Shown here: positions 1-9,835 of the stretch, piece by piece
Layout of the letters: the number at the start of each line of letters is the position of its first letter
Numbering within the stretch: the first letter of the stretch is position 1
Origin: Psychromonas aquimarina ATCC BAA-1526
Lineage (GTDB): Bacteria; Pseudomonadota; Gammaproteobacteria; Enterobacterales; Psychromonadaceae
Direction of reading: 5' to 3'
Length of the DNA stretch: 24,000 bases
Assembly: GCF_000428725.1 (NCBI RefSeq)
Contig: NZ_KE386793.1
Span: 86,293-110,292, forward strand
The notes under the pieces: model-generated
Seen by the model: only the letters and a program-made list of their open reading frames with translations
Told to the model about the DNA's origin: nothing
Databases searched by the model: none
Program-made: the position numbers and the translations under genes

Positions 1-1614
1 TATATACTTCTGGTTGTCTTCGTTCTGCGGCAGTAACGACAGGTTTTCTAATGATGAACGCACCACGGCAACCGGGGTGCGCAGTTCATGAGACAGTCGT
101 GACGAGAGGTTTTCCAGATAATGATGGTACTGCCCTAAACGGTTAACCATATCCGATAAACCGCGTGACAGATCGCCGATCTCATCACCGGACTTTGACG
201 GGGCGAAGGGCGCTAAAATACGCCCTTGATCATCAATGGCATTATCTGCCTGATCACGCAGTTTACGGATCCGCGAGGCAATATTGGAAGCAAAAACAAA
301 CAGCAGCAGCGTGCCGACAACTATAATACTGAGCAGAACATTAAACAGCTTTTCCAGGGCTTTATTACGCAGGGTGCGGATACCGTTGGTGGTCTCTTCG
401 GCGACCACTATACCCATTACTTTATCGCCGACCATGATCGGGTGAGCGGCCGACAGGATCATCGCTTTATTATCGTCCGTTAAACGCCAGCTTGACTGCG
501 ACTTGCCGTTTAAGGCGTCTTTAATAAACTTGCTGTTTAACTGCGTTGAATCAGACAGGTCGTCAATAAAGTCATGCGGCGGGCGGGATAAAAACAGATC
601 ATAAAGCGGCGCCAGCAGCTTGTCCTGTAATTTATACCATATTGAGTCTTCTGAAACCTGCTCCTGGTAGTCCGGGGCCCAGACGCCGTCGGCCTTGCGA
701 ATATCTCCGGCTTTAGCCAGTACCCGCTGGTGGCGGTCTACCACCCAGATCCGCGAGCGTGTATGGCTCATGCCTTTTACAATGCGCTCAATCTCCGGAG
801 AGGGCACTAATACCGTGCCCAGCTGCTGCAGATCTCGTGTATTAGAAGTGGCGATAATGTTATTTACCCGGCGTTTGTTTTTATCGGAAACGGTATGCAG
901 GGCAAAGCCTAATTTATTGCCGAGCATATCCAGCGGCAGGCGGAACTCTATGTTGTATCCTGTTTCGGTCTCTTTCCAGTAACCTTGAATACGTTTTTCA
1001 CGCTGCAGCTGACTGATATCACTATCGGGCTTCGGCTGCAGAAAAGCATTAAACCAGCCGCTTTTATGCACCGAGATAATATAACGCTGCAGGACTCCGG
1101 AGGGATCGGAAAGGGCGATAATAAGGTGATCGTTTTTGTCTATCTGACGGGCATTTTTCTGACGAAAAACCGGGTACTTGTCATTTACCTGGAAATAGCC
1201 GTATAAATAACCATCCTTTTTACCCACCATATGGGTAAAAGAGATTGGATTATCGCTGTTTTTATCTGCTTGAAAACGCACATATTCAGACCCGTAAAAG
1301 AGGCTCTGGCTTTTATTAGCTTTCCAGTCGTCCAGTAGACCGTCTATCTGAATCGCCTGTTTAATTGTGTAGGCGTACAGATCCTTACCTGCTTCAACCT
1401 GCTGCAGGAAGCTTGCCTGCGAGTTAAACAGTTTTGGGCGTTCATGCAGCGCAGTTGCCACGGCGCGGGTGGTGCCGATCAGCGTCTGCTCCTGCCCCTG
1501 ACGCAGGAACTTTTCCATTTCCCACACATACTCATAACCCAGCCAGGGTAATATCAGCAGAAAACTCGCTAAAATAATGACTTTGCTGCGCAGGCCGAGT
1601 GAAAATTTCTTCAC
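1..1614 (-). CDS. pdsS: Sensor histidine kinase of the dedicated-sortase cassette (PdsS-like); 3' end lies outside the window
   Basis: The minus-strand frame is open from GTG at 1614 to base 1. It is absent from the ORF track because no stop lies in the window. The GTG overlaps the regulator stop (1611-1613) as GTGA. The N-terminus reads KKFSLGLRSK followed by a TM helix VIILASFLLILPWLGY. A long periplasmic-looking region and a second hydrophobic helix (LFNVLLSIIVVGTLLLFVFA) follow. The H-box LSHELRTPVAVVRSSLENL is encoded around 45-105. Confidence 0.85.
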   Translation of the reverse strand, partial: MKKFSLGLRSKVIILASFLLILPWLGYEYVWEMEKFLRQGQEQTLIGTTRAVATALHERPKLFNSQASFLQQVEAGKDLYAYTIKQAIQIDGLLDDWKANKSQSLFYGSEYVRFQADKNSDNPISFTHMVGKKDGYLYGYFQVNDKYPVFRQKNARQIDKNDHLIIALSDPSGVLQRYIISVHKSGWFNAFLQPKPDSDISQLQREKRIQGYWKETETGYNIEFRLPLDMLGNKLGFALHTVSDKNKRRVNNIIATSNTRDLQQLGTVLVPSPEIERIVKGMSHTRSRIWVVDRHQRVLAKAGDIRKADGVWAPDYQEQVSEDSIWYKLQDKLLAPLYDLFLSRPPHDFIDDLSDSTQLNSKFIKDALNGKSQSSWRLTDDNKAMILSAAHPIMVGDKVMGIVVAEETTNGIRTLRNKALEKLFNVLLSIIVVGTLLLFVFASNIASRIRKLRDQADNAIDDQGRILAPFAPSKSGDEIGDLSRGLSDMVNRLGQYHHYLENLSSRLSHELRTPVAVVRSSLENLSLLPQNEDNQKYI

Positions 1615-2315
1615 TGAGCGGCTTCCTGGGAAATATCCCAACGATAACCCATACCGTAAACAGCGGTAATTTCATCAAAGCCGGGATCCAGCTTAATGAA
1701 TTTTTTACGGATACGTTTGATATGCGAGGTGATGGTATTGTCGTCAACCACCATATTCGCATCCTGCATCAGCTGCTGGCGGTTACGTACTATACCGGCA
1801 CGGTTTGCCAGAGCATGTACTATCCAGAATTCGGTAATGGTAAAATCGAGCGGGCGTGCTGACCAGCAGATCTGCATTTTATCACTGTCGATAGTTAATA
1901 AACCGCGCTGGATAATCTTATTGTGATCCGTGGGTTTCTGCATCAGATCGATACGGCGGAACAGGGCGCTGATGCGCACCATTAAATGCTCTAGTCCGAT
2001 ATCTTTGGTTAAATAGTCATCCGCGCCTAAACGCAGTCCGGAAATCGTATCAAAGTCATTATCACGTGCGGTTAAAAAAATAATAGGTACAGTCGCAGAC
2101 AGCTGCCGTAAAGACTGGCAGAGCATAAAGCCGCCGTCATATTCATCACCTAAACCGATATCTATAATCGCCAGATCCGGCAGACGTACTTCAAATGCTT
2201 TTATTGCGTCAATACGGTTTTCATAGCTGTCCACATGGTAACCGTGTCTGCTCATTAAATCGGCGTAATTTTCGCGAATATTTTTTTCATCTTCAACAAT
2301 TGCGATACGTTTCAT
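1611..2315 (-). CDS. pdsR: OmpR/PhoB-type response regulator of the dedicated-sortase cassette (PdsR-like)
   Basis: 234 aa. The receiver domain reads MKRIAIVEDE...LAIIDIGL...FLTARD...GADDYLTK. The C-terminal winged-helix output reads LTITEFWIVHALA...HIKRIRKKF...YGMGYRW. It is translationally coupled to the downstream kinase. Confidence 0.9.
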   Translation of the reverse strand: MKRIAIVEDEKNIRENYADLMSRHGYHVDSYENRIDAIKAFEVRLPDLAIIDIGLGDEYDGGFMLCQSLRQLSATVPIIFLTARDNDFDTISGLRLGADDYLTKDIGLEHLMVRISALFRRIDLMQKPTDHNKIIQRGLLTIDSDKMQICWSARPLDFTITEFWIVHALANRAGIVRNRQQLMQDANMVVDDNTITSHIKRIRKKFIKLDPGFDEITAVYGMGYRWDISQEAAQ

Positions 2316-2360
2316 TTTTTAACAACCTTGTTTATACGTTTCTTAACAGCAGTATACGTT
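2305..2360. promoter_or_regulatory. Three direct ATACGTT boxes in the pdsR / pdsO divergent region (candidate PdsR binding sites)
   Basis: ATACGTT occurs at 2305-2311 (just inside the pdsR 5' end, adjacent to the start codon at 2313-2315), 2334-2340 and 2354-2360. The last two are part of TATACGTT and are exactly 20 bp apart. OmpR-family regulators typically bind direct repeats in helical phase. Confidence 0.3.
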
Positions 2361-2505
2361 AAATATCCGCACTAAATAGCCGCTTCATGAAATTGCCATT
2401 TTTTGGACACAATTGATCAGCATTCTGCCTTTTTGTTACCCCTTTAATAACACAACTGTCTGCTTAAATATAATCATCAACATAACAGCTTAAAAGGGCA
2501 AACAG

Positions 2506-3510
2506 ATGACTAATAATAAAAACCAATCAACGTTTAAAAAAACAACGCTAAGCATTATCGTTATTTCTGCTGTTACCGGCGGATTAATCGCCTTAGAAAA
2601 ATCGCAGACTCCCTTTGAGTATTCTGTAGAAGACTCTTATCAGGTAGAAAGTCTTAACCGTGAACATGTTACGCAGAGTATTAATACAACCGATGCCGAT
2701 CAGCTGGCGTTAATTGCCGAAGCAAATCTGATTAATCAGGAGTTAGATGATTATCAGCCGCAGAGACTCAATGAACTGCAGGAGAATATTGAAACCAGTG
2801 CGTCCGATCTGCCTGAAGCGCAGATATTTGCAGCTGCAGAATCACCTGCACCTGCTTCTGACAGCCTTGAAAAGCCGGTTATTGTCGAAAATGAAGTGTT
2901 ATTTTCCTTTGCATCAAGTGAGATAGATCCCTCTTATTTCCAGTCGTTAATTGAGACTGCTGAGTTTATAAAAAATGTCCCTGAGAATAATGAAACTGTG
3001 TGGCAGGTGGTTGGTCATACGGACCGCAGCGGTAACTCTGCATACAATGTCAAACTGGCCGAAAAACGCGCTCAGGCGGTAGCCGCATTTTTAGTTGATA
3101 AGGGAGTCAGTGAAGAGCAGCTGGCGATTGTAACCTTAGGCGACAGCAGCCCTGTTCATCAGGCGCGCACTGTCGCCAACAATCGTTTAGACCGGCGCGT
3201 TGAGATCCATGCTTATCAGGCGGAGGTTACAGCGCTAGTTGAGCAGTTAAATGAGCAAAGCCGCCAGCTGGCCGCTGCTGAAAAAAGACAGCAGAAACAA
3301 GCCGCCGAGCAGCTGCAGGCTAAGTTGGAAAAACAGAAACAAGCAGCGGAACAGTTACAGGTTAAGTTAGAAAAGCAGAAAACAGCAGCTGATAAACAAG
3401 AGCTGTCAGTAACAAAGAGCAGTATGGAAAAGTTAAGCGTTAGTTTTGAAGATGCAGACAATGCTGAACTGCGCGACAGCCGCACAGTTTCAGCAACAAT
3501 GGATTTTTAA
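2506..3510 (+). CDS. pdsO: Sortase-associated OmpA-like peptidoglycan-binding protein (PdsO-like) with C-terminal coiled-coil repeats
   Basis: 334 aa with an N-terminal hydrophobic anchor (TTLSIIVISAVTGGLIAL). The OmpA_C-like core reads VVGHTDRSGNSAYNVKLAEKRAQAVAAFLV...NRLDRRVEI. There is an RBS AAGGG and a TATAAT at 2469-2474 upstream. Confidence 0.85.
   Translation: MTNNKNQSTFKKTTLSIIVISAVTGGLIALEKSQTPFEYSVEDSYQVESLNREHVTQSINTTDADQLALIAEANLINQELDDYQPQRLNELQENIETSASDLPEAQIFAAAESPAPASDSLEKPVIVENEVLFSFASSEIDPSYFQSLIETAEFIKNVPENNETVWQVVGHTDRSGNSAYNVKLAEKRAQAVAAFLVDKGVSEEQLAIVTLGDSSPVHQARTVANNRLDRRVEIHAYQAEVTALVEQLNEQSRQLAAAEKRQQKQAAEQLQAKLEKQKQAAEQLQVKLEKQKTAADKQELSVTKSSMEKLSVSFEDADNAELRDSRTVSATMDF
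3292..3402 (+). repeat. In-frame 42-bp tandem repeat (2.6 units) encoding QKQAAEQLQ(A/V)KLEK
   Basis: Unit 1 is 3292-3333, unit 2 is 3334-3375, and a partial unit 3 is 3376-3402. The two full units differ at 7 codons, and 6 of those differences are synonymous. Confidence 0.9.
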
Positions 3511-3519
3511 GGAGGTTTT

Positions 3520-5703
3520 ATGCGGTCACTTAAAGGAGTAGACAATAACCGCAGGCAGCAATGGTTATTATTAGGCAGATCCTTAGCCGCAGTGCTGTTG
3601 ATCTGCACTAGTTTCTCGGCTGCCGCTGAAAAGCCGCAGGCCGGGCTGGTTTATCAGGACAGTAACGGAATAAGCCGCGAGGCGCCTTTATTAAGCACAT
3701 CGGTAGAGATGAATGTCAGCGGCTTAATTAACCGGGTGTCTGTCAGGCAGGTCTTTGAAAACGATTCTGCGCAGTGGATTAACGCGGTTTACCTGTTTCC
3801 ACTGCCGGAAAACGCCGCCGTTGATCATCTGACCATGAGGATAGGCAGGCGGGTAATTGTTGGAGAAATCAAACAGAAGGCTGAAGCGCAGCAGATCTAT
3901 AAGCAGGCAGAAAGAGAGGGTAAAAAAGCCGCTTTAGTTGAACAGCAGCGCAGCAATATGTTTACTACTAAGGCTGCTAATATCGGCCCGGGAGAAAAGC
4001 TGACCATTGAGATTGAGTATCAGCATAGTGTTTCCTATAAAAGCGGTTTATTCAGCTTGAGGTTTCCGATGGCCATTACTCCCCGCTATGCGCCTGCTGT
4101 TAATCCTTTAAGCACAGAAGAGCGCCATAGTTATCTGGCCAGCCTGTTTGTAACTAAGGATCAGGAAGTGCAGGGCGAAAGGGCCTCGCAAGACTGGATA
4201 TGGCTGGATAAATGGCAGCGCTGGCAGGATGCGGCTGCAAGTTATCAGCTTGCTGAGCAGACGGTTAGTATGATTAAAACTGCTGAGGATCCGGATCTGC
4301 TGGTTGATATTAAAATTAATCTGCATACACCGCTGCCGGCAGCTGATATCCAAAGCCCCTATCATGGTTTAAAAATTGAAAACAGAGAAGCTGACTTTAA
4401 GGTTATCTCTCTGTTTGATTCAGCTGTTCCGGCGGATCGTGATTTTGTTTTAAACTGGTCTCTGAAGCAGACAGAGCAGGCTGAAAGCAGTGTTTTTGTA
4501 CAGAAAAAAGCGGACGACAGTGGAATAGAAAAATACGGCTTAGTAATGATGATGCCGCCGGCGATGCAGTTCATAGAGAATGCGCGTATTGCTAAAGAGG
4601 TTATTCTGGTAATTGATATATCCGGTTCAATGTCCGGTACATCAATCGAACAGGCAAAATCCGCATTAAGCTTTGCTGTTGATCAGCTTGCTGAGAATGA
4701 CACTTTTAATATTATTGCCTTTAGTGATAATAGTGAGTTTTTTGCCGGTAACTCTCTGCCCGTTGACAGCCGCAGCAGGATGATGGCCAAGAGCTTTATT
4801 AGTCAGCTCCAGGCAGGCGGCGGGACCAATATGCAGGCCGCCTTAAATGATGCCCTGTCCGAGCAGCGCACCGTTTATCCGAATGAATACAAAGAGCTGC
4901 GGCAGATACTGTTTATTACCGATGCCAGCATCAGTAACGAAGAGCAGTTATTAACTCAGATTCAAAGGCAGCTGGGCACAAGCCGGTTATTTATGGTGGG
5001 CATCGGCTCTGCGCCTAACCATTATTTTATGAAAAGCAGTGCGCAGATGGGCCGCGGGACCTATACCAGTATTGCAGATGTTAATGAAGTCAGATCGAAA
5101 ATGTCGGCGCTGTTTGCGCAGCTGTCAGCGCCGGTACTGCGTGATATTAAACTGACCTGGGAAAACGGCAGTGAGGTGGATTACTGGCCGAAGCCGATAA
5201 CAGATCTTTATCAGGGCGAGCCGCTGCAGGTGGTGATGAAAATGCCGCAGGGTAAAAACAGATTACAGGTTTCGGGCTTGAAAGTTGAAAACGGCACCAC
5301 GAAAAAATGGTCACAGGTATTAATGCTAGATCAGCCGCAAAATGCTGCTGGAATAGACATTTTATGGGCAAAAGAGCAGATAGACAGTATTGAGCTTAAC
5401 CGTCAACTGCCCGCTAGTGAGAAAAAGCAGCAGATCACAGCGTTAGGTCTTAACCATCATATTGTTACTAAACACACCAGTCTAGTGGCTGTTGAGCAGC
5501 AGGTAAGCCGTCCGCTGATGCTCAGCAGTGTTGATAAACAGGTTAAAACACATCTGCCTAAAGGTAATACCATGAGACTGCCGCAGACCGGATTAGGCAG
5601 CGGACTTTATCTGCGTATCGCTCTGATGCTGCTGTTATCCGCTGCTGTGCTGTGGACTGCTGAACGTCTGCTGTCCAAAGGTATCTCTGATGAGCTTGTT
5701 TAG
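3520..5703 (+). CDS. Dedicated sortase substrate: secreted VIT + von Willebrand factor A protein with a C-terminal LPQTG sorting signal
   Basis: 727 aa with a signal peptide (LAAVLLICTSFSAAA). The VIT-like N-domain includes VYLFPLPENAAVDHLTM...ANIGPGEKLTIEIEY. The VWA domain has a MIDAS motif (VILVIDISGSMSG). The C-terminus is LPQTG + hydrophobic stretch LYLRIALMLLLSAAVLW + charged tail. A strong SD is present (TAAGGAGGTTTTATG). Confidence 0.9.
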   Translation: MRSLKGVDNNRRQQWLLLGRSLAAVLLICTSFSAAAEKPQAGLVYQDSNGISREAPLLSTSVEMNVSGLINRVSVRQVFENDSAQWINAVYLFPLPENAAVDHLTMRIGRRVIVGEIKQKAEAQQIYKQAEREGKKAALVEQQRSNMFTTKAANIGPGEKLTIEIEYQHSVSYKSGLFSLRFPMAITPRYAPAVNPLSTEERHSYLASLFVTKDQEVQGERASQDWIWLDKWQRWQDAAASYQLAEQTVSMIKTAEDPDLLVDIKINLHTPLPAADIQSPYHGLKIENREADFKVISLFDSAVPADRDFVLNWSLKQTEQAESSVFVQKKADDSGIEKYGLVMMMPPAMQFIENARIAKEVILVIDISGSMSGTSIEQAKSALSFAVDQLAENDTFNIIAFSDNSEFFAGNSLPVDSRSRMMAKSFISQLQAGGGTNMQAALNDALSEQRTVYPNEYKELRQILFITDASISNEEQLLTQIQRQLGTSRLFMVGIGSAPNHYFMKSSAQMGRGTYTSIADVNEVRSKMSALFAQLSAPVLRDIKLTWENGSEVDYWPKPITDLYQGEPLQVVMKMPQGKNRLQVSGLKVENGTTKKWSQVLMLDQPQNAAGIDILWAKEQIDSIELNRQLPASEKKQQITALGLNHHIVTKHTSLVAVEQQVSRPLMLSSVDKQVKTHLPKGNTMRLPQTGLGSGLYLRIALMLLLSAAVLWTAERLLSKGISDELV

Positions 5704-5712
5704 GAGGTTTTT

Positions 5713-6342
5713 ATGAAGCTGTTATCAGGGCGCTGTTCCAGAAAAAATAAAAAGCCGCGTTTAACTGTATTTCATAAACTGCTGCTGATTATGGTGCTGG
5801 CGGCGCTGCTCCTGTTTGCCAAAGGCGCCTATATGCAGGGTAAAGCTTATCTTGCCCAGCAGCTGCTGACTTTTGCCTGGGCTCGTCATCAGCAGGACGG
5901 TGAACTTTATAAAGCCTGGCCCTGGGCAGACAGTGCGCCGCTTGCACAGTTAACAATTAATGATCAGGAGCCTTTAATTGTACTTTCCGGGGCAACGGGC
6001 AGTAACCTGGCTTTTGCACCAGCCTGGATGGTCTCAAGTGCGCCCTTTAATCAGGGCGGTAACACAGTGTTAGTCGGTCACAATGATACGCATTTTAAAC
6101 AGCTTGAGGATCTGCCGGCAGCAAGTTATATAACGGTTAAAAGCTACCCGCAGCTGCAGATGAGTTATCAGGTGATTGCGGCAAAAGTTGTTAATGAAAA
6201 GGATCTGTCAGTTCTGGAAGACAGCGGGTTTGAGACAATAACCCTGATCACCTGTTATCCCTTTGATGCAGATATTATTAACAGCGATTTACGTTTTGTG
6301 GTGATAGCTAAAAGAGTGCTGCAGAAGGGGACAGGAGTTTGA
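5713..6342 (+). CDS. Class GN (marine proteobacterial) sortase
   Basis: 209 aa with an N-terminal membrane anchor (LLLIMVLAALLLF). The catalytic His context is LVGHNDTHF, the Cys context is TLITCYPF, and the Arg context is LRFVV. The junction TAGGAGGTTTTTATG nearly repeats the one before the substrate gene. Confidence 0.9.
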   Translation: MKLLSGRCSRKNKKPRLTVFHKLLLIMVLAALLLFAKGAYMQGKAYLAQQLLTFAWARHQQDGELYKAWPWADSAPLAQLTINDQEPLIVLSGATGSNLAFAPAWMVSSAPFNQGGNTVLVGHNDTHFKQLEDLPAASYITVKSYPQLQMSYQVIAAKVVNEKDLSVLEDSGFETITLITCYPFDADIINSDLRFVVIAKRVLQKGTGV

Positions 6343-6457
6343 CTTGAAGCCGGTTTTATCGCTCTCAGCCTCCACATTACAGTTGTTTAAGGTAATAATA
6401 CCAAATCCACTAATTTTCTATTCATTTATGCTGGTTAAAATGAATGCTAACTTCGTT

Positions 6458-6497
6458 ATTGATTTTGTAATTAGAACAACTAGTTACTGCAATCAAT
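6458..6497. repeat. Imperfect 40-bp palindrome between the sortase and the pilin promoter
   Basis: The sequence is ATTGATT-tt-GTAATTAG-aacaa-CTAGTTAC-tgc-AATCAAT. The outer 7-bp arms are perfect and the inner 8-bp arms match 7/8. Confidence 0.5.
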
Positions 6498-6552
6498 GCC
6501 TTGCTTTCATTCATTTTTCCTACGTCTAAATAGATCACCTAATTAATGGAAT

Positions 6553-6561
6553 TGGTATAAT
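6553..6561 (+). promoter_or_regulatory. Extended -10 promoter element TGgTATAAT for the pilin-like gene
   Basis: TGGTATAAT at 6553-6561 matches the TGnTATAAT consensus. It lies 34 nt upstream of the TTG start at 6595. No good -35 is present, which is tolerated by extended -10 promoters. Confidence 0.4.
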
Positions 6562-6594
6562 GCGCATCAGTGACAATGAACAGGGATCAGTATT

Positions 6595-7089
6595 TTGTCG
6601 TATAAGTCTTTTAATCAGGGTTTTACACTAATAGAGTTAGTGGTTGTTATTATTATTCTCGGCGTGTTGTCTGCTGTCGCTCTGCCGAAGTTTACCTCCT
6701 TGTCTAAGGAGGCAAAAGTCAATGTGATCACACAAATTAAAGTCAGTGTCAAAGTGGCCAATGATTTTATGTTTCTTAAATCCAATATGCCCAGTTATGC
6801 TGCTCAGCCCGTGCCTAATCGCGATGATCTGATTGATGTTGATACCAATGGTGACGGCAGTTACGATACCCGTTTAAAATGGCATTATTTAGATAATACT
6901 GATATTGAAAAGCGTATCGATATTTCCGATGATTTTGCGATTGAATATGAAGGTATTGAATATACCTATATCGGTTATGATACGGATAACGATAATCAGG
7001 TGCAGGATAATAACTGTTATTTTAAATATACTCAGGCATCCGCTTCGGGTGTACCGCCTGATTATGACATTGAATACAGCGGCTGTTAG
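6595..7089 (+). CDS. Type IV pilin-like protein (prepilin-type N-terminal cleavage/methylation domain, MSHA-type)
   Basis: 164 aa with a TTG start. The leader MSYKSFNQG is followed by FTLIELVVVIIILGVLSAVALPKF (G/F cleavage site, Glu5). A C-terminal Cys pair (NNCYFKY...EYSGC) is typical of the pilin D-region disulfide. Asp-rich loops are present (DVDTNGDGSYD, GYDTDNDNQVQDNN). Confidence 0.8.
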   Translation: MSYKSFNQGFTLIELVVVIIILGVLSAVALPKFTSLSKEAKVNVITQIKVSVKVANDFMFLKSNMPSYAAQPVPNRDDLIDVDTNGDGSYDTRLKWHYLDNTDIEKRIDISDDFAIEYEGIEYTYIGYDTDNDNQVQDNNCYFKYTQASASGVPPDYDIEYSGC

Positions 7090-7097
7090 TTGTTTAA

Positions 7098-7135
7098 TAA
7101 AAAGCCCGTAAGAATACTCTTAGCGGGCTTTTTCG
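7098..7135. terminator. Bidirectional rho-independent terminator (pilin-like gene / ygjK-A)
   Basis: AAAGCCCGTAAGA (7101-7113) pairs with TCTTAgCGGGCTTT (7118-7131), giving 13 bp with one bulge and an ATAC loop. An A-run lies on the left and a T-run on the right. Confidence 0.7.
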
Positions 7136-7151
7136 TTAATTATTCGATTTT

Positions 7152-9539
<2,388 letters not shown>

Positions 9540-9800
9540 TTAGTGACAGATTGTTATCTGTATTTGTTTATCTCAGTTATCTTTTGTTGATGACTGAGCG
9601 GCAGTTTTATTGTCATCATAAATCTCCATTTTTAACCATGTTATGCCTAAGACCGGCATCAATTTATTTTCAGGCAGCCGCGGCTGTTAATCTGAAATTT
9701 TCCATATCGACGAAATATTAAGCTAATAAATAAACCGGACCAGCATTGTGGTTTTGACCCGCAGACTATGAACATTGAAAGAGCAAAGGCCAAGGAAATT

Positions 9801-9835
9801 AATGTAACGGAATGTAACATGATGCGCGATGTAAC
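9801..9835. repeat. Three ATGTAAC direct repeats (two as a 10-bp tandem AATGTAACnn)
   Basis: AATGTAAC occurs at 9801-9808 and 9811-9818, and GATGTAAC at 9828-9835. They lie about 275-310 bp upstream of the ygjK-A start, inside a ~700-bp ORF-free region. Confidence 0.5.

Noticed and set aside
226-1206. Plus-strand ORFs 226-483, 695-982 and 985-1206 from the track
   Set aside because: They lie antisense within the continuous minus-strand histidine kinase frame. They have low-complexity or odd composition, no RBS, and no recognisable domains.
1532-1926. ORFs 1532-1762(-), 1599-1862(+) and 1696-1926(+)
   Set aside because: They overlap the well-supported response regulator and kinase start in other frames. 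They are shadow ORFs.
3216-3485. Minus-strand 89-aa Cys/Ser-rich ORF
   Set aside because: It is antisense to the repeat-containing 3' end of the pdsO-like gene. The repetitiveness of its translation is a mirror image of the sense-strand tandem repeat.
4108-5371. Minus-strand ORFs 4108-4365, 4362-4574 and 5147-5371
   Set aside because: They are antisense inside the VIT/VWA substrate gene, with no supporting signals.
6344-6529. 61-aa plus-strand ORF after the sortase gene (TTG start)
   Set aside because: It has no SD and an AT-rich, hydrophobic, low-complexity translation. It spans the palindrome and the region just upstream of the pilin promoter, so it is most likely non-coding intergenic DNA.
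6905-7111. 68-aa ORF overlapping the 3' end of the pilin-like gene
   Set aside because: It is an alternative frame of a supported CDS and runs through the terminator hairpin.
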